Shown in pieces: positions 1 to 10,566 of a stretch of DNA of 64,000 nucleotides (position 1 is the stretch's first letter; every line of letters starts with the position of its first letter). The notes below the pieces were generated by a model. That model saw nothing but the letters and a program-made list of their open reading frames with translations, ran no database searches and was not told where the DNA came from. The position numbers were made by a program, and so were the translations under genes. The stretch comes from Treponemataceae bacterium. Its GTDB lineage: Bacteria > Spirochaetota > Spirochaetia > Treponematales > Rectinemataceae. The stretch lies in NCBI GenBank assembly GCA_963678065.2, contig CAXXVZ010000003.1, forward strand, positions 768,001-832,000, read 5' to 3'.

Positions 1-551
1 TGACGAAGCCTGCCTACGCGCGCAAGATCATCATCATGGATCCGCGCACCTCGACCCCGGGACTCGGCCTCGTTTCATGGGCCAAGAGTGTCTACGGCGA
101 AGGCTGGAAAGATTACTGGAGGGCTCTCAAACCCTCCATCCTGACGATGACTCCCGGATGGGATACCGGATACGGTCTCTTCACATCCGGAGAGGCTCCT
201 CTCGTCCTCTCGTACGCGACCAGCCCCGCCTACCACAAGGAGACCGAGAAGACCGATCGCTACAAGGCTCTGCTTTTCCCGGAAGGCCACCCCATCCAGA
301 TCGAACTCGCCGGGATACTGAAGAATGCCAAGCACAGAAAAAACGCGGAGAAATTCATGGACTTCCTCGTATCGGAGGCTTGCCAGAAGGAACTTCCCGC
401 CACCCAGTGGATGTACCCCGTCCTGCCCTCGACCCCGCTTCCCGCCTCGTTCTCGGCGGCGCCCAAGCCGGAAAAGACTCTCGTTCCGCCCCTGTCGGGG
501 CTCGAGGCGGACGCGCAGACAGCCGTGGATATACTTTCCGGAGCAAAATGA
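1..551 (+). CDS. thiB: Thiamine-type ABC transporter substrate-binding protein (5' partial)
   Basis: DPRTSTPGLG, LVLSYATSPAYH and TQWMYPV motifs typical of ThiB/TbpA; followed by permease and ATPase. Confidence 0.8.
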   Translation, partial: TKPAYARKIIIMDPRTSTPGLGLVSWAKSVYGEGWKDYWRALKPSILTMTPGWDTGYGLFTSGEAPLVLSYATSPAYHKETEKTDRYKALLFPEGHPIQIELAGILKNAKHRKNAEKFMDFLVSEACQKELPATQWMYPVLPSTPLPASFSAAPKPEKTLVPPLSGLEADAQTAVDILSGAK

Positions 552-552
552 C

Positions 553-2208
553 ATGAGGGGGGGATCCCGGCTGCAGGGAGAAAGCGCGCTTTTTCCGCGG
601 GCCGCAGTCATCGCCGTGCTCGCGGTATCGGTAGCTCCCCTCGCCGCAGTGATCCTCTCGGTCGAGCCTGAGCGACTTGCCGAGGCTCTCGGTCAGGCTC
701 TCGCGGGGCAGAGGACCCTCGCGGCGCTCGGTTTTACAATCACGCAGTCAGCCGCGAGCTGCCTTCTCGCCCTCGCCTTCGGTCTGCCCGGAGCATGGCT
801 TTACGCCCGCTACCGATTCCCCGGAAGGAGAGGACTCATGGTCCTCTCCGCCGTCCCGTTCTGCGTGCCTCCGGTGCTCGTGATCCTCGCCTTCGTCCTG
901 TATTTCGGAAACGCTGGCATCGTCAACCGGGTCCTTCTCGCGGTTTTCGGAATCAGGAACGAGGGGCCGAGCTTTCTGTACTCCTTCAAGGGTATCGTCC
1001 TCGTCCACGCATTCTACAACTTTCCCATCATCATCCAGATAGTCGGGGGAACCTGGACAAGGCTGCCTTCGTCCCGCGAGGATGCCGCACGGGTGCTCGG
1101 AGCGGGCGGTCTCAGAGCCTTCCTGACCGGCACCCTGCCGAGCCTCGGCCCCGCCATCGGTCAGGCGGCGAGCCTCGTCTTCCTGTTCTGTTTTTTCAGT
1201 TTTTCGGTTGTCCTGGTCTTCGGCGGATTGGGCGGGTCCACGCTCGAGGTCGAGGTTTACCGGAAAGCGAGGCTCGAGGCCGATCCCGCCGGAGCGGCGG
1301 CCGTCGCTCTTCTGGAAACACTCATCGCCCTGACCTGTGTTGCGATATTCGGCCTCTTCGAGCGAAAGGCCGCGCAGGGCGCCCGGCACACAGGATCGAA
1401 GGGCGAAACCAAGCGTCCCCATGGTCTCGTGCGGGTGCTGCTGGTATTCTACGGCCTGTTCCTGGCATTTTTCTTCCTGGGCCCCATACTCTCCCTCGTC
1501 GTGCAGGCATTCAGCCTGAGTTCCGGATGGGACAGGATGGCGGGCTTCGGTCTGGGCAATTTCCGGCGCCTTCTCGCAGGTCCCCGTCCTCCTCTGCTTC
1601 GCGCCCTCGGAGACAGCCTCGCGACTGCCACTCCGGCTGCTCTTCTCGCGACCGCGGCCGGAGTGGCGCTGGCCTACGCGAAGCTCGGATACTCCAAAAG
1701 GCGGCAGGAGGCCGGGGCCGGCATAGCGGGACAGGCACTCGACCTGGCCGGCAGCCTGCCGCTCGCCCTCTCCGGGGTAGTTACTGCCCTCGGCTGGGTT
1801 CTCCTGTTTCCCTCCGGAGGCGCCGGCCCCGTCATTCTCGCCCAGGCGACAGTGGCCTTTCCCTTCGTTCTCAGAGGCATATCCGGCGCCTTCTCTTCCC
1901 TGGAGGGAGGACCCCGACTGGCGGCCCGTTCCCTCGGGGCGAGTCCGCTGACAGTCTTCCTGACCGTCGACGTGCCGGCCGCCGCTCCGAGCATCGCCGC
2001 ATCCGCCGCCTTCGCCTTCTCGATGGCGGCCGGAGATGTGAACGCCCCTCTCATGCTGGGCTCGGGAGACTTCCAGAGCCTGCCCCTCCTCCTTTACCGC
2101 CTCGTCGCGTCGTACCGTTTCCCGGAAGCCTGCGCGGTCGGCCTCGTGCTCTCGGCGCTCACGGGGACAGTATTCCTCCTCAAGGAAAGGACTACCGATG
2201 GAACTTGA
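553..2208 (+). CDS. thiP: ABC transporter permease (ThiP/FbpB type, duplicated membrane domain)
   Basis: Hydrophobic ORF with two EAA-like loops (EDAARVLGA, LAARSLGA); ATG at 553 just after upstream stop. Confidence 0.75.
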   Translation: MRGGSRLQGESALFPRAAVIAVLAVSVAPLAAVILSVEPERLAEALGQALAGQRTLAALGFTITQSAASCLLALAFGLPGAWLYARYRFPGRRGLMVLSAVPFCVPPVLVILAFVLYFGNAGIVNRVLLAVFGIRNEGPSFLYSFKGIVLVHAFYNFPIIIQIVGGTWTRLPSSREDAARVLGAGGLRAFLTGTLPSLGPAIGQAASLVFLFCFFSFSVVLVFGGLGGSTLEVEVYRKARLEADPAGAAAVALLETLIALTCVAIFGLFERKAAQGARHTGSKGETKRPHGLVRVLLVFYGLFLAFFFLGPILSLVVQAFSLSSGWDRMAGFGLGNFRRLLAGPRPPLLRALGDSLATATPAALLATAAGVALAYAKLGYSKRRQEAGAGIAGQALDLAGSLPLALSGVVTALGWVLLFPSGGAGPVILAQATVAFPFVLRGISGAFSSLEGGPRLAARSLGASPLTVFLTVDVPAAAPSIAASAAFAFSMAAGDVNAPLMLGSGDFQSLPLLLYRLVASYRFPEACAVGLVLSALTGTVFLLKERTTDGT

Positions 2209-3322
2209 CATACACGAACTTGCCTTCGGACGGGGCAGCTTCAGGCTCCGCTCCGATCTGTCCCTGGGTTCGGAGGAATTCGGAGTGGTTCTTGGAGCAT
2301 CGGGTTGCGGAAAATCGACTCTTCTTCGCCTTGTGGCCGGACTCCTCTCCCCCGATTCCGGACAGATACTTCTCGGCGGCAGGAACCTCACGACCTTGCC
2401 GCCTGAAAAGCGGAATATGGGTTTCGTTTTCCAGGATTTCGCCCTGTTCCCCCATCTCAGCGCGCGAAAGAACATCGAGTACGGCCCGAGGCGCCATGGA
2501 TTTGCCCAGGATGAACGACAACGAATCTGCCAGGAGCTCGCGGGAGCACTGCACATCGACGAGCTTCTCGACAGACGGCCGCAGTTTCTTTCGGGGGGAG
2601 AGCAGCAGCGTGTCGCCCTCGCGAGAGCTCTCGCCGTCCGCCCGGACCTCGTCCTCATGGACGAGCCTCTCTCCTCCCTCGACGAAGTGCTGCGCAAGGA
2701 CCTCCGCTCCGTCATCCGGGAAAGGCTTGGCTCCCTCGGAGTCACGACCCTCTATGTCACGCACGACACGGGAGAGGCCCTCGCGATAGCTGATCGCCTT
2801 TTCGTCATGAAGAATGGCACCGTGAGCCACTCGGGAAAACCCGAGGATCTCCTGCGCGATCCGCCCGACGCCGCCTTCGTCCGGTTCATGTCACTGGGCC
2901 CCCTCCTGCCCGTATTGCGGACGAGCGAAGCTACCGGGGGAATCCTCTGCAGCACGCCCGTGGGGGACTTTCTCTGCCTTGCGGGGACTCTCCCTCCCTC
3001 CGTGGCTCCGGGAACCCGCCTCTTCCTGCACTTCCCAGGCTGGGCGGCTTCGACAGCCTCCGGGCTTGCCTTGCGGAAGCAGAACAGCTTCCGCGCCCTC
3101 GTACTGACATCCATCCCCGAGGGACGATCGAGAAAACTCGGAATCGCGATCCTGCCCGGGTCCGGCACAGGTGGATCGGAGCCCGTTCCTGGCAGCGCGA
3201 AGGGAGAAATCAGAGCGGAAATCGAAGTGGAAGCCGCAACCGCCCCGCGCGCGGGAGAACTCGTCTCTTTCTCCGTTCCTCCCGAAGACTGCAGGATCGT
3301 TCCCGAGGGATCGGATTCATGA
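2198..3322 (+). CDS. ABC transporter ATP-binding protein
   Basis: Walker A GASGCGKST, signature LSGGEQQ, Walker B LVLMDE, H-loop VTHD. Confidence 0.9.
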   Translation: MELDIHELAFGRGSFRLRSDLSLGSEEFGVVLGASGCGKSTLLRLVAGLLSPDSGQILLGGRNLTTLPPEKRNMGFVFQDFALFPHLSARKNIEYGPRRHGFAQDERQRICQELAGALHIDELLDRRPQFLSGGEQQRVALARALAVRPDLVLMDEPLSSLDEVLRKDLRSVIRERLGSLGVTTLYVTHDTGEALAIADRLFVMKNGTVSHSGKPEDLLRDPPDAAFVRFMSLGPLLPVLRTSEATGGILCSTPVGDFLCLAGTLPPSVAPGTRLFLHFPGWAASTASGLALRKQNSFRALVLTSIPEGRSRKLGIAILPGSGTGGSEPVPGSAKGEIRAEIEVEAATAPRAGELVSFSVPPEDCRIVPEGSDS

Positions 3323-4632
3323 TGGAGGGAGGTATGGCGACAAAACGGGATATCCTCGGCATGGATTCCGACGAGTTCATCGGCGACGCGCGCAGCCACA
3401 TCGGAAAAGGTTCGGGACTCGCCGCGGAAATTTACCGCAACGTTTTCAGCACGGAATTTCCATTTCCGACGAAGGGGGCACCGACAGAAAAGGGGCAGCC
3501 CTTCGTCCAGGCAGCCATGGATGCTTCAGCCGGGGAAAGGGATGCGTTACCTGACCCGTGGTCAGGCCGCTACAAAACGGGATACCTTGCCGTCGATTCT
3601 GTTCTTGAACAGGAAAGCGAAGCCGGTCTGACTTCCAAGGTGACCCTCCTCACCGCTGACGGCCACAGGGTCGAATGCGTCCGAGTCCCGATGAGCCGCC
3701 GCAATGACGCGTGCACGGCCACACTCTGTGTCTCATCGCAGATCGGGTGCAGAATGGGCTGCGCCTTCTGCCAGACTGGAACTATGGGCCTCGTGCGCAA
3801 TCTCGAAGCGGCCGAAATCGTTTCCCAGGTCGTGACGCTCAGGAAGGAATTCGGCTGGGACTTCCGGAACATCGTTTTCATGGGGATGGGTGAGCCTCTG
3901 GACAATTTCGACAACGTGACGAAGGCGATGAATGTATTCCATGACCAGAGAGGTCTCGGCCTCGCCTGGGACCGTATCACTTTATGCACATCCGGAAGTA
4001 TCTCCGGCATCAATCGACTGAAAGAGCTCGGCTTGAAACGACTCGGCCTGTCGATCAGCCTCAATTCCGGCCTGGACGAGGTGCGCAGTTCGATCATGCC
4101 GGTCAACCGGTCGTCGGGGCTTGCCGCCCTGGCCGAAGCTCTCGCATCCTACCCTCAGAGGAAAAATTTTGTTCTCGGCGTCAATTACTGCCTCCTGCCG
4201 GGGATCAACGATGGCCGGAAAGACGCAGTGGCCGTGGCCGGTTTTTGTTCCCGGGCGGGCCGCTGCCTTGTGAACCTCATCCCCTACAATCCAGGAACCA
4301 CCCCCCTCACCCGCGCGCCCTCGGAGGAGGAAGTCCTCGCATTCATCGGCCTTCTTGAATCCGAAGGGGTTCTGGTGAAGCGGCGGATCGAAAAAGGCCG
4401 CTCCATAATGGCCGGCTGCGGACAACTTGGGAGCAGCCGAGGCTGCGGACAACTTGGGAGCAGCCGAGGCTGCGGACAACTTGGGAGCAGCCGAGGCTGC
4501 GGACAACTTGGGAGCAGCCGAGGCTGCGGACAACTTGGGGCAGCCGAGGCTGCGGACAACTCGGCGGGAACAGACGAGAAGACCTCGGGCAACTCGGTGA
4601 ACACGGCGCCGACCGCGGCTGATCCCGCATGA
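3319..4632 (+). CDS. rlmN: RlmN-family radical SAM RNA methyltransferase with repeat-expanded C-terminus
   Basis: CVSSQIGCRMGCAFC (CxxxCxxC), MGMGEP, NLIPYN, AGCGQL motifs; start could be 3322 or 3334. Confidence 0.85.
   Translation: MMEGGMATKRDILGMDSDEFIGDARSHIGKGSGLAAEIYRNVFSTEFPFPTKGAPTEKGQPFVQAAMDASAGERDALPDPWSGRYKTGYLAVDSVLEQESEAGLTSKVTLLTADGHRVECVRVPMSRRNDACTATLCVSSQIGCRMGCAFCQTGTMGLVRNLEAAEIVSQVVTLRKEFGWDFRNIVFMGMGEPLDNFDNVTKAMNVFHDQRGLGLAWDRITLCTSGSISGINRLKELGLKRLGLSISLNSGLDEVRSSIMPVNRSSGLAALAEALASYPQRKNFVLGVNYCLLPGINDGRKDAVAVAGFCSRAGRCLVNLIPYNPGTTPLTRAPSEEEVLAFIGLLESEGVLVKRRIEKGRSIMAGCGQLGSSRGCGQLGSSRGCGQLGSSRGCGQLGSSRGCGQLGAAEAADNSAGTDEKTSGNSVNTAPTAADPA
4414..4560 (+). repeat. 27-bp tandem repeat, 4 exact copies, one 26-bp copy and one partial copy
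   Basis: ggctgcggacaacttgggagcagccga at 4414, 4441, 4468, 4495; variant at 4522; partial at 4548. Confidence 0.97.
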
Positions 4633-4675
4633 CCGGGGTTTGCTGAAAAAGAGAAGCTGCGAGGTTTTCACCCCG

Positions 4676-5677
4676 CTACATCATCGATTCGTCCATTACG
4701 GAGACCTGCTCCCGCAGATCGGCAAAGCGGGAGAGCCAGAAACCCTCTGTTTCCCAGTCGGGATTATTTATGAAAAAGGCACGGTCGGAAACCTGGCGGG
4801 CTGTCCAGGCCAGGTGGTACACCATGCGCATGAACCGCAGAGCTTCGACAAGACGCAGAGTTTCCGCCGGAAAGGGAAGAATCCTCTCGTATCCGTCGAT
4901 GAACGCCTCTATTTCCGGCCGGCACTGATCGACGGGACCGGGCAGGTTGAGCCAGAGGTCCTGGACCACCGGCCCCGTCATGCAGTCGTCGAAATCGATG
5001 AGCCTCAAGGAACCGTCCTTTTCGGAAAAAAGGTTGCCCCGGTGACAATCGCCATGGATCCGCTGCATCCGGAGTCCCTCGAACATCGGTGAAATGCGGT
5101 CGATGACCGAGCGGCACAGGCCGAGAAACGAGTCGCGGACGGTCGGATGGACAGCCCCGGAATACTCGAGTTCGTCGACGCTGCCCGCAGTCACGATGTC
5201 CGGATGGAGGATGGGCCTCGACGGGGCGTCCCGCCTCTTTCCCGCCTCGTGGCAGAGTCCTACGAGATTCCCGAGCCTTCTCCAATCCGTCGACGTTTCG
5301 GGATCGAAATTTCTGCTCCGTATGCGCGGATACATCGAGAAGAAAAACGTTTCGGCCTCCCCTCCGGGACCGGTATCCATCTCCATCTCCACGAGAGTCT
5401 CGCCTCCGGGGGAGACGAGGGGAGAGGCCACGGGAACTCCGGAGCGGCGACAGTCCTCCATGAACCGATGCTCCTCCTCGAGGGCATCCCGATCCCAGCG
5501 CCCGGGCCGGTAGAACTTGGCCACGACGCCGCTGCCGTCGTCCAGGGAAAACCCGTAGACCCGGTTGATATAGCTCGGGTATACGGCCCACTCCCCTGCC
5601 GGGATGAGGCCGAAGGCTGTTTCCACCGCCTCGGCGACAAGGTCGGGAGAAAGCAGATCGAAGGGCGCGTTTTCCAT
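4676..5677 (-). CDS. srkA: Stress response Ser/Thr kinase SrkA/RdoA (YihE) family
   Basis: SYINRVY, VAKFYRPGRW, IHGDCHRGN, IDFDD, QDLW motifs; start placed at MENAPF. Confidence 0.88.
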   Translation of the reverse strand: MENAPFDLLSPDLVAEAVETAFGLIPAGEWAVYPSYINRVYGFSLDDGSGVVAKFYRPGRWDRDALEEEHRFMEDCRRSGVPVASPLVSPGGETLVEMEMDTGPGGEAETFFFSMYPRIRSRNFDPETSTDWRRLGNLVGLCHEAGKRRDAPSRPILHPDIVTAGSVDELEYSGAVHPTVRDSFLGLCRSVIDRISPMFEGLRMQRIHGDCHRGNLFSEKDGSLRLIDFDDCMTGPVVQDLWLNLPGPVDQCRPEIEAFIDGYERILPFPAETLRLVEALRFMRMVYHLAWTARQVSDRAFFINNPDWETEGFWLSRFADLREQVSVMDESMM

Positions 5678-5771
5678 GGGAATCAGAGTACACTTGCCTG
5701 ACATATATATGCAACTTGATTGCATCAACCGATGGATTCTGGTATAAAGCGTTACTATAGGAAGTACCATA

Positions 5772-6608
5772 ATGAAGAACCTGAAACTCGCCGGACTCGG
5801 CAGCGATAAAATACGGACCGTCATCGACGTCAGCGGCGTGCGTCTCGGAGAGGAATTCGTGGTCATCGCGGGCCCCTGTGGCGTCGAGAACGAGAAGCAG
5901 ATCGTCGAAACGGCCATCGCGGTGAGAAAGGCAGGCGCCAAAATGCTCCGGGGAGGAGCCTTCAAGCCGAGGACGAGCCCCTACGCTTTCCAGGGACTCG
6001 GGCTCAAGGGACTTAAACTCCTCGCGATAGCCCGCCGTGAGACCGGCCTGCCCATCGTCACCGAGGTCATCGATCCACGCGACGTATCGTGGGTCGGCGA
6101 GTATGCCGACGTTCTGCAGATCGGCGCGAGGAACATGCAGAACTACTCCCTTCTGCGCGAAGTCGGCAAATCGGAGCGTCCCGTTCTCTTGAAGCGCGGC
6201 ATGTACTCCACACTCGAGGAGTGGGTCAACTGCGCCGAATACATTCTTGCCGAGGGGAATCCCAATGTCATCATGTGCGAGCGCGGCATCCGCAGCTTTG
6301 AAACCTACACGAGGAACACCCTCGACCTGGCCATCGTGCCCTCGGTCAAAGAGGTATCCCACCTTCCCGTGATCATCGACCCCTCCCACGGCACGGGTCG
6401 CAAGACCCTCATCGAGCCGATGAGCCTCGCGGCCATAGCGGCGGGCGCCGACGGCCTCGAGATCGAGGTCCACATCGATCCCCCCTCGGCCCTCAGCGAC
6501 AAGGAACAGCAGCTCTGGCCCGAGGAATTCGACCGGCTGATGCGGAAGATCGATATTCTCCTCGAGACCATGAAAAGCCTGAAGGCCCTCCCTCCGTGCG
6601 TGAGCTGA
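5772..6608 (+). CDS. aroF: 3-deoxy-7-phosphoheptulonate (DAHP) synthase, type I-beta
   Basis: [25 protein letters not shown] motifs. Confidence 0.93.
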   Translation: MKNLKLAGLGSDKIRTVIDVSGVRLGEEFVVIAGPCGVENEKQIVETAIAVRKAGAKMLRGGAFKPRTSPYAFQGLGLKGLKLLAIARRETGLPIVTEVIDPRDVSWVGEYADVLQIGARNMQNYSLLREVGKSERPVLLKRGMYSTLEEWVNCAEYILAEGNPNVIMCERGIRSFETYTRNTLDLAIVPSVKEVSHLPVIIDPSHGTGRKTLIEPMSLAAIAAGADGLEIEVHIDPPSALSDKEQQLWPEEFDRLMRKIDILLETMKSLKALPPCVS

Positions 6609-7645
6609 AACTGGCAACATCCTCCGGAATTTCGAGGATAGGCATAGGGCAATCGATCGGGGAGCTCGCCGGTCTCGTGGACGGCAATCGCTGCCTTCTC
6701 GTCGTCGACTCCGCGGTGAGGGAGCTGCACGCGTCGAGACTTCCTCCCTTCCGTTACCTCGAGCTCCCGGCCGGCGAAGAGGGGAAGAACCTCGCCGCCG
6801 TGGAGAAGATATACGCGAGCCTGGCGGCGCTCGAGGCAGACAGGAGCTGGTCCCTCGTGGGCATAGGGGGTGGCACGGTCTCCGACATCGCCGGATTCGC
6901 TGCCTCGACCTACATGCGCGGCATCCGTTTCGGTTTCGCGCCGACGAGCCTCCTCGCCCAGGTCGACGCGGCCGTCGGGGGCAAAAACGGCGTCAACTTC
7001 GGCGGCTACAAGAATCTTGTGGGAACCTTCAAGCAGCCGGATTTTGTCATCTGCGACCAGGGCTTCCTGTCCACCCTCCCCGAGCGCGAATACCGCTCCG
7101 GCTTCGCGGAAATCATCAAGCACGCAATTCTCGCCTCGGAATCCTATTTTTCCTATCTCGAGTCGAATCAGGAAAAAGCGAAACTCCGCGACACTGCCTA
7201 CCTCGAACACGTGATAGGGCTTTCCATCGAAATCAAGGCTTCGGTCGTGACCGAGGATCCCGACGAGAAGGGGAAACGGAAGATATTGAACCTCGGACAC
7301 ACCGTCGGCCACGGGCTCGAACTCATCTGCGGCCTCTCTCACGGAGAGGCCGTCTCGATCGGCATCAACGCGGCCTGCATACTCGCGCGCGTGAAGGGCC
7401 TTCTCCAGCCGGCGCAGTCGGCCCGGATCGTGAATCTTCTGTCCTCCTACGGCCTTCCCCTCACCTTTGACGGAGGGAAAAGGCGCGAGAGCATCATAAG
7501 CTCCGTGCTCGAGGCCATACGGCACGACAAAAAACGCAACCGCGACACCATAGATTTCATCGTCCCGGAAAAAATCGGACTCGCCACGATCATGCCGGTC
7601 ACAGTGAATGAACTGGACCGCATTCTCAAGGGGGTTGTGACTTGA
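6596..7645 (+). CDS. aroB: 3-dehydroquinate synthase
   Basis: GGGTVSD, PTSLLAQVDAAVGGKNG, LNLGHTVGH, HGEAV. Confidence 0.95.
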   Translation: MRELKLATSSGISRIGIGQSIGELAGLVDGNRCLLVVDSAVRELHASRLPPFRYLELPAGEEGKNLAAVEKIYASLAALEADRSWSLVGIGGGTVSDIAGFAASTYMRGIRFGFAPTSLLAQVDAAVGGKNGVNFGGYKNLVGTFKQPDFVICDQGFLSTLPEREYRSGFAEIIKHAILASESYFSYLESNQEKAKLRDTAYLEHVIGLSIEIKASVVTEDPDEKGKRKILNLGHTVGHGLELICGLSHGEAVSIGINAACILARVKGLLQPAQSARIVNLLSSYGLPLTFDGGKRRESIISSVLEAIRHDKKRNRDTIDFIVPEKIGLATIMPVTVNELDRILKGVVT

Positions 7646-8652
7646 ACAGCATCGGACGCCTCTTCCGGTTTTCGGTTTTCGGCGAGTCCCACGGCCCCGT
7701 GATAGGATGCCTCCTCGACGGATGCCCTCCCGGTATCCCGCTCTGTGCACAGGATTTCGAAACCGATCTCGCCCGCAGAAGACCGGGAGCCCTGGGCACG
7801 ACCCCGAGGCGCGAGGCGGACCCCGTCGAAATCCTCTCGGGCCTGTATCGCGGCCACACGACTGGATCGCCCCTCGCCATCGTCGTCAGGAACAGCGACA
7901 CGCGCTCCTCCGACTACGACCGTTTCGCGAGCCAGCCAAGACCCGGGCACGCGGATTTCACGTCTCGCATCAAATATGAAGGATTTGCCGATCCGCGCGG
8001 GTCAGGCCACTTTTCCGGCAGAGTCACCGCGGGAGTCGTCCTCGCGGGAGTCGTCGCCAAAAAAATCCTCGCCGGAGTCAGCTTCGATACAAAGGTTCTG
8101 GAGATAGCCGGGATTTCCCGGACCAACGACCCGGAAGGCTGCGAGGCGGCGATCGCCCGCGCCGTCGAGGAGGGCGATTCGCTCGGCGGCATCATCGGCT
8201 GCACCATATCCGGCCTGGCCGCGGGCCTGGGCGAACCCTTCGCCGACTCCGCGGAATCCGTCCTCGCGCACTGGCTCTTCGCCATTCCCGCCATCCGTGG
8301 GCTCGAGTTCGGCGAGGGATTCGTCGCATCCCGCCGCAGAGGCAGCGAGCACAACGACCCGATTCTCGACGCGGAAGGGCGGACGGCGACCAACAATTGC
8401 GGGGGAATCAACGGCGGGATCACCAACGGAAACGACCTCGTCCTGCGGATTGCCGTAAAACCCGCGTCCAGCATCGGGAAGCCTCAGACCAGCTTCGATT
8501 TCGGGACAGGAAAACCGCAAACCCTCATCGTGGAAGGAAGACACGACGCGTGCATCGCCCAGAGGATGCCCGTCGTGGCCGAAGCGGCCTGCGCCCTCGC
8601 CCTAGCCGACCTCAGCCTCATCCGGAAAGCATACAGGAAGGAAACGCCATGA
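7642..8652 (+). CDS. aroC: Chorismate synthase
   Basis: FGESHG, RPGHAD, GGINGGITNG, GRHD. Confidence 0.95.
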   Translation: MNSIGRLFRFSVFGESHGPVIGCLLDGCPPGIPLCAQDFETDLARRRPGALGTTPRREADPVEILSGLYRGHTTGSPLAIVVRNSDTRSSDYDRFASQPRPGHADFTSRIKYEGFADPRGSGHFSGRVTAGVVLAGVVAKKILAGVSFDTKVLEIAGISRTNDPEGCEAAIARAVEEGDSLGGIIGCTISGLAAGLGEPFADSAESVLAHWLFAIPAIRGLEFGEGFVASRRRGSEHNDPILDAEGRTATNNCGGINGGITNGNDLVLRIAVKPASSIGKPQTSFDFGTGKPQTLIVEGRHDACIAQRMPVVAEAACALALADLSLIRKAYRKETP

Positions 8653-9710
8653 CACTGGAAGAACTCAGGGGAAACATCGACCGCATCGATTCGAGCATCC
8701 TGAAACTGCTCGCGGAACGGATGGAGAAGGCCGTCCTCCTGCGCCGTCTGAAGACGGGCATCCTGGACGACAAACGGGAAACCGAAGTCCTCTCGCGCGT
8801 GACGAAGCACTCGCTCGGGCTGCTCAAGCCGGAATTCAGCACGGAACTCTACGCGGATATCATGAAGGAGGCCCGGCGGCTCCAGGCGCTCGATCTCAAG
8901 ACCGTCGGGTTCCAGGGAGTGCACGGGGCCAACAGCGAGATGGCCGCGCTGGAGTGGAATCCCGAGTGGGTCACCATCCCCTGCACCGATTTCGCGGAGG
9001 TATTCGACCTCGTCTCCCTGGGCCTCCTCGATTACGGTGTCCTGCCCGTCGAAAACACCTCGGGCGGCTACATAGGCCCGGTGAACACTCTCCTCATCCA
9101 CACCGATCTCCACGTTGTCGGAGCGATCGACATGCCTATCAGCCACTGCCTCATGGCCGTACCGGGGACGGATCACCGCGATATCAGGGCCGCCTACTCC
9201 CATCCCCAGGCGCTCATGCAGTGCAGGGATTTCCTCGTCCGCAACCACCTCGAGGCGCGCGTCCACGAGGACACTGCCGGCGCGGCGCGCATGATCGCCG
9301 AGGAGAGACCCGCCGCAGCCGCGGCCATCGCCTCCCGCCTCGCCGCCGAGCTCTACGGCCTCGAGATCATCAAAGAAGACATCCAGGACGTCGACGACAA
9401 CCGGACACGCTTCCTCGTCCTCTCGAAGCAGGCCTCTACAACCGGAGCGAGCGGCACGAAGTGCTCCGTCGTGTTCACGCCCGAGCACAAGGCAGGATCC
9501 CTCTTCAAGGTGCTCGAGACCTTCGCGGGCGAAGGCATCAACCTCACGCGCATCGAATCCATCCCCGCCAAACCCGGCGAATTTTCCGTATTCATCGACT
9601 TCGCGGGCTCCGACAGAGAAGAGCGGGTCAGCCGTGCAATGGACACCATCCGCTCTTTCAACTCGAGCATCAGGATGCTCGGCTGCTACGACGAGAAGCG
9701 CATCAAATGA
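8649..9710 (+). CDS. pheA: Bifunctional chorismate mutase / prephenate dehydratase
   Basis: N-terminal CM (LRGNIDRID), PVENT, SHPQAL, NRTRF, ACT domain INLTRIESIP; ATGA overlap with aroC. Confidence 0.92.
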   Translation: MTLEELRGNIDRIDSSILKLLAERMEKAVLLRRLKTGILDDKRETEVLSRVTKHSLGLLKPEFSTELYADIMKEARRLQALDLKTVGFQGVHGANSEMAALEWNPEWVTIPCTDFAEVFDLVSLGLLDYGVLPVENTSGGYIGPVNTLLIHTDLHVVGAIDMPISHCLMAVPGTDHRDIRAAYSHPQALMQCRDFLVRNHLEARVHEDTAGAARMIAEERPAAAAAIASRLAAELYGLEIIKEDIQDVDDNRTRFLVLSKQASTTGASGTKCSVVFTPEHKAGSLFKVLETFAGEGINLTRIESIPAKPGEFSVFIDFAGSDREERVSRAMDTIRSFNSSIRMLGCYDEKRIK

Positions 9711-10480
9711 AAATCTGCATACTCGGCACAGGCCACATGGGCACCTGGTTCACGGAGGAGCTCTGCCACGACCACGACGTCGCCGTCTACGACAGGGATT
9801 CCCGCAAACTCAAGTACTTCATCAAGGTGACCCGCTGCACCGAGCTCTCGGAGATAGCGGATTTCGCCCCCGAGATGCTCATAAACTGTGTCAGTCTCGA
9901 GCACACAAAGGATGCCTTCGATTCCGTCCTTCCCCTTTTGCCCGCTGGCTGCATGCTCTGCGACATCGCCTCGGTCAAGGAGGGCTTGCCGGAGTATTAC
10001 AGGCAGGCGGGGCATCCCTTCCTCTCGACCCACCCCATGTTCGGCCCGACGCTTGCGAACTTCCACGACCTCTCCCAGGAAAGCGCCATCATCATCACGG
10101 AGTCGGACGAGAAGGGAAAAGAATTCCTCAGGAATTTCTACCGGGGCGTCAAGGTCAAGACTTTCGAGTACAGCTTCGACGAGCACGACAGGACGATCGC
10201 CTACTCGCTCTCGACACCCTTCGCCTCCACCCTCGTCTTCGCCGCCTGCATGAAAAAGCAGGAGGCGCCGGGGACCAATTTCAAGAAGCACATGAAGATA
10301 GCCGAGGGCCTTCTCGCCGAAGACGATTACCTGCTTTCGGAAATACTCTTCAGCCCCTACACCCTGGATCGGATCGAGAAGATAAACCAGAAGCTGTCCT
10401 ACCTGACCCACATCATCAAGGCCAAGGACTACGAGGAGATGATCCTCTTTCTCAACAAGCTCCGGGACAATATCAAATAG
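9707..10480 (+). CDS. tyrA: Prephenate dehydrogenase
   Basis: GTGHMG Rossmann motif, DIASVK, HPMFGP, EHD; ATGA overlap with pheA. Confidence 0.88.
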   Translation: MKICILGTGHMGTWFTEELCHDHDVAVYDRDSRKLKYFIKVTRCTELSEIADFAPEMLINCVSLEHTKDAFDSVLPLLPAGCMLCDIASVKEGLPEYYRQAGHPFLSTHPMFGPTLANFHDLSQESAIIITESDEKGKEFLRNFYRGVKVKTFEYSFDEHDRTIAYSLSTPFASTLVFAACMKKQEAPGTNFKKHMKIAEGLLAEDDYLLSEILFSPYTLDRIEKINQKLSYLTHIIKAKDYEEMILFLNKLRDNIK

Positions 10481-10512
10481 TGAGCCGACTGCGGCCGGGT
10501 TTCCCATCCGGA

Positions 10513-10561
10513 GAGATGGAAGGGCGGGTCTTCGCGTGCCGAAGACCCGCCCTTCCATCTC
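10513..10561. terminator. 22-bp perfect hairpin between convergent tyrA and aroA
   Basis: gagatggaagggcgggtcttcg - cgtgc - cgaagacccgcccttccatctc; no clear U-tract. Confidence 0.65.
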
Positions 10562-10566
10562 CTGCC

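Noticed and set aside
4414..4560. 27-bp repeat as a CRISPR array
   Set aside because: Units are head-to-tail with no spacers, in frame in rlmN, and no cas genes are present.
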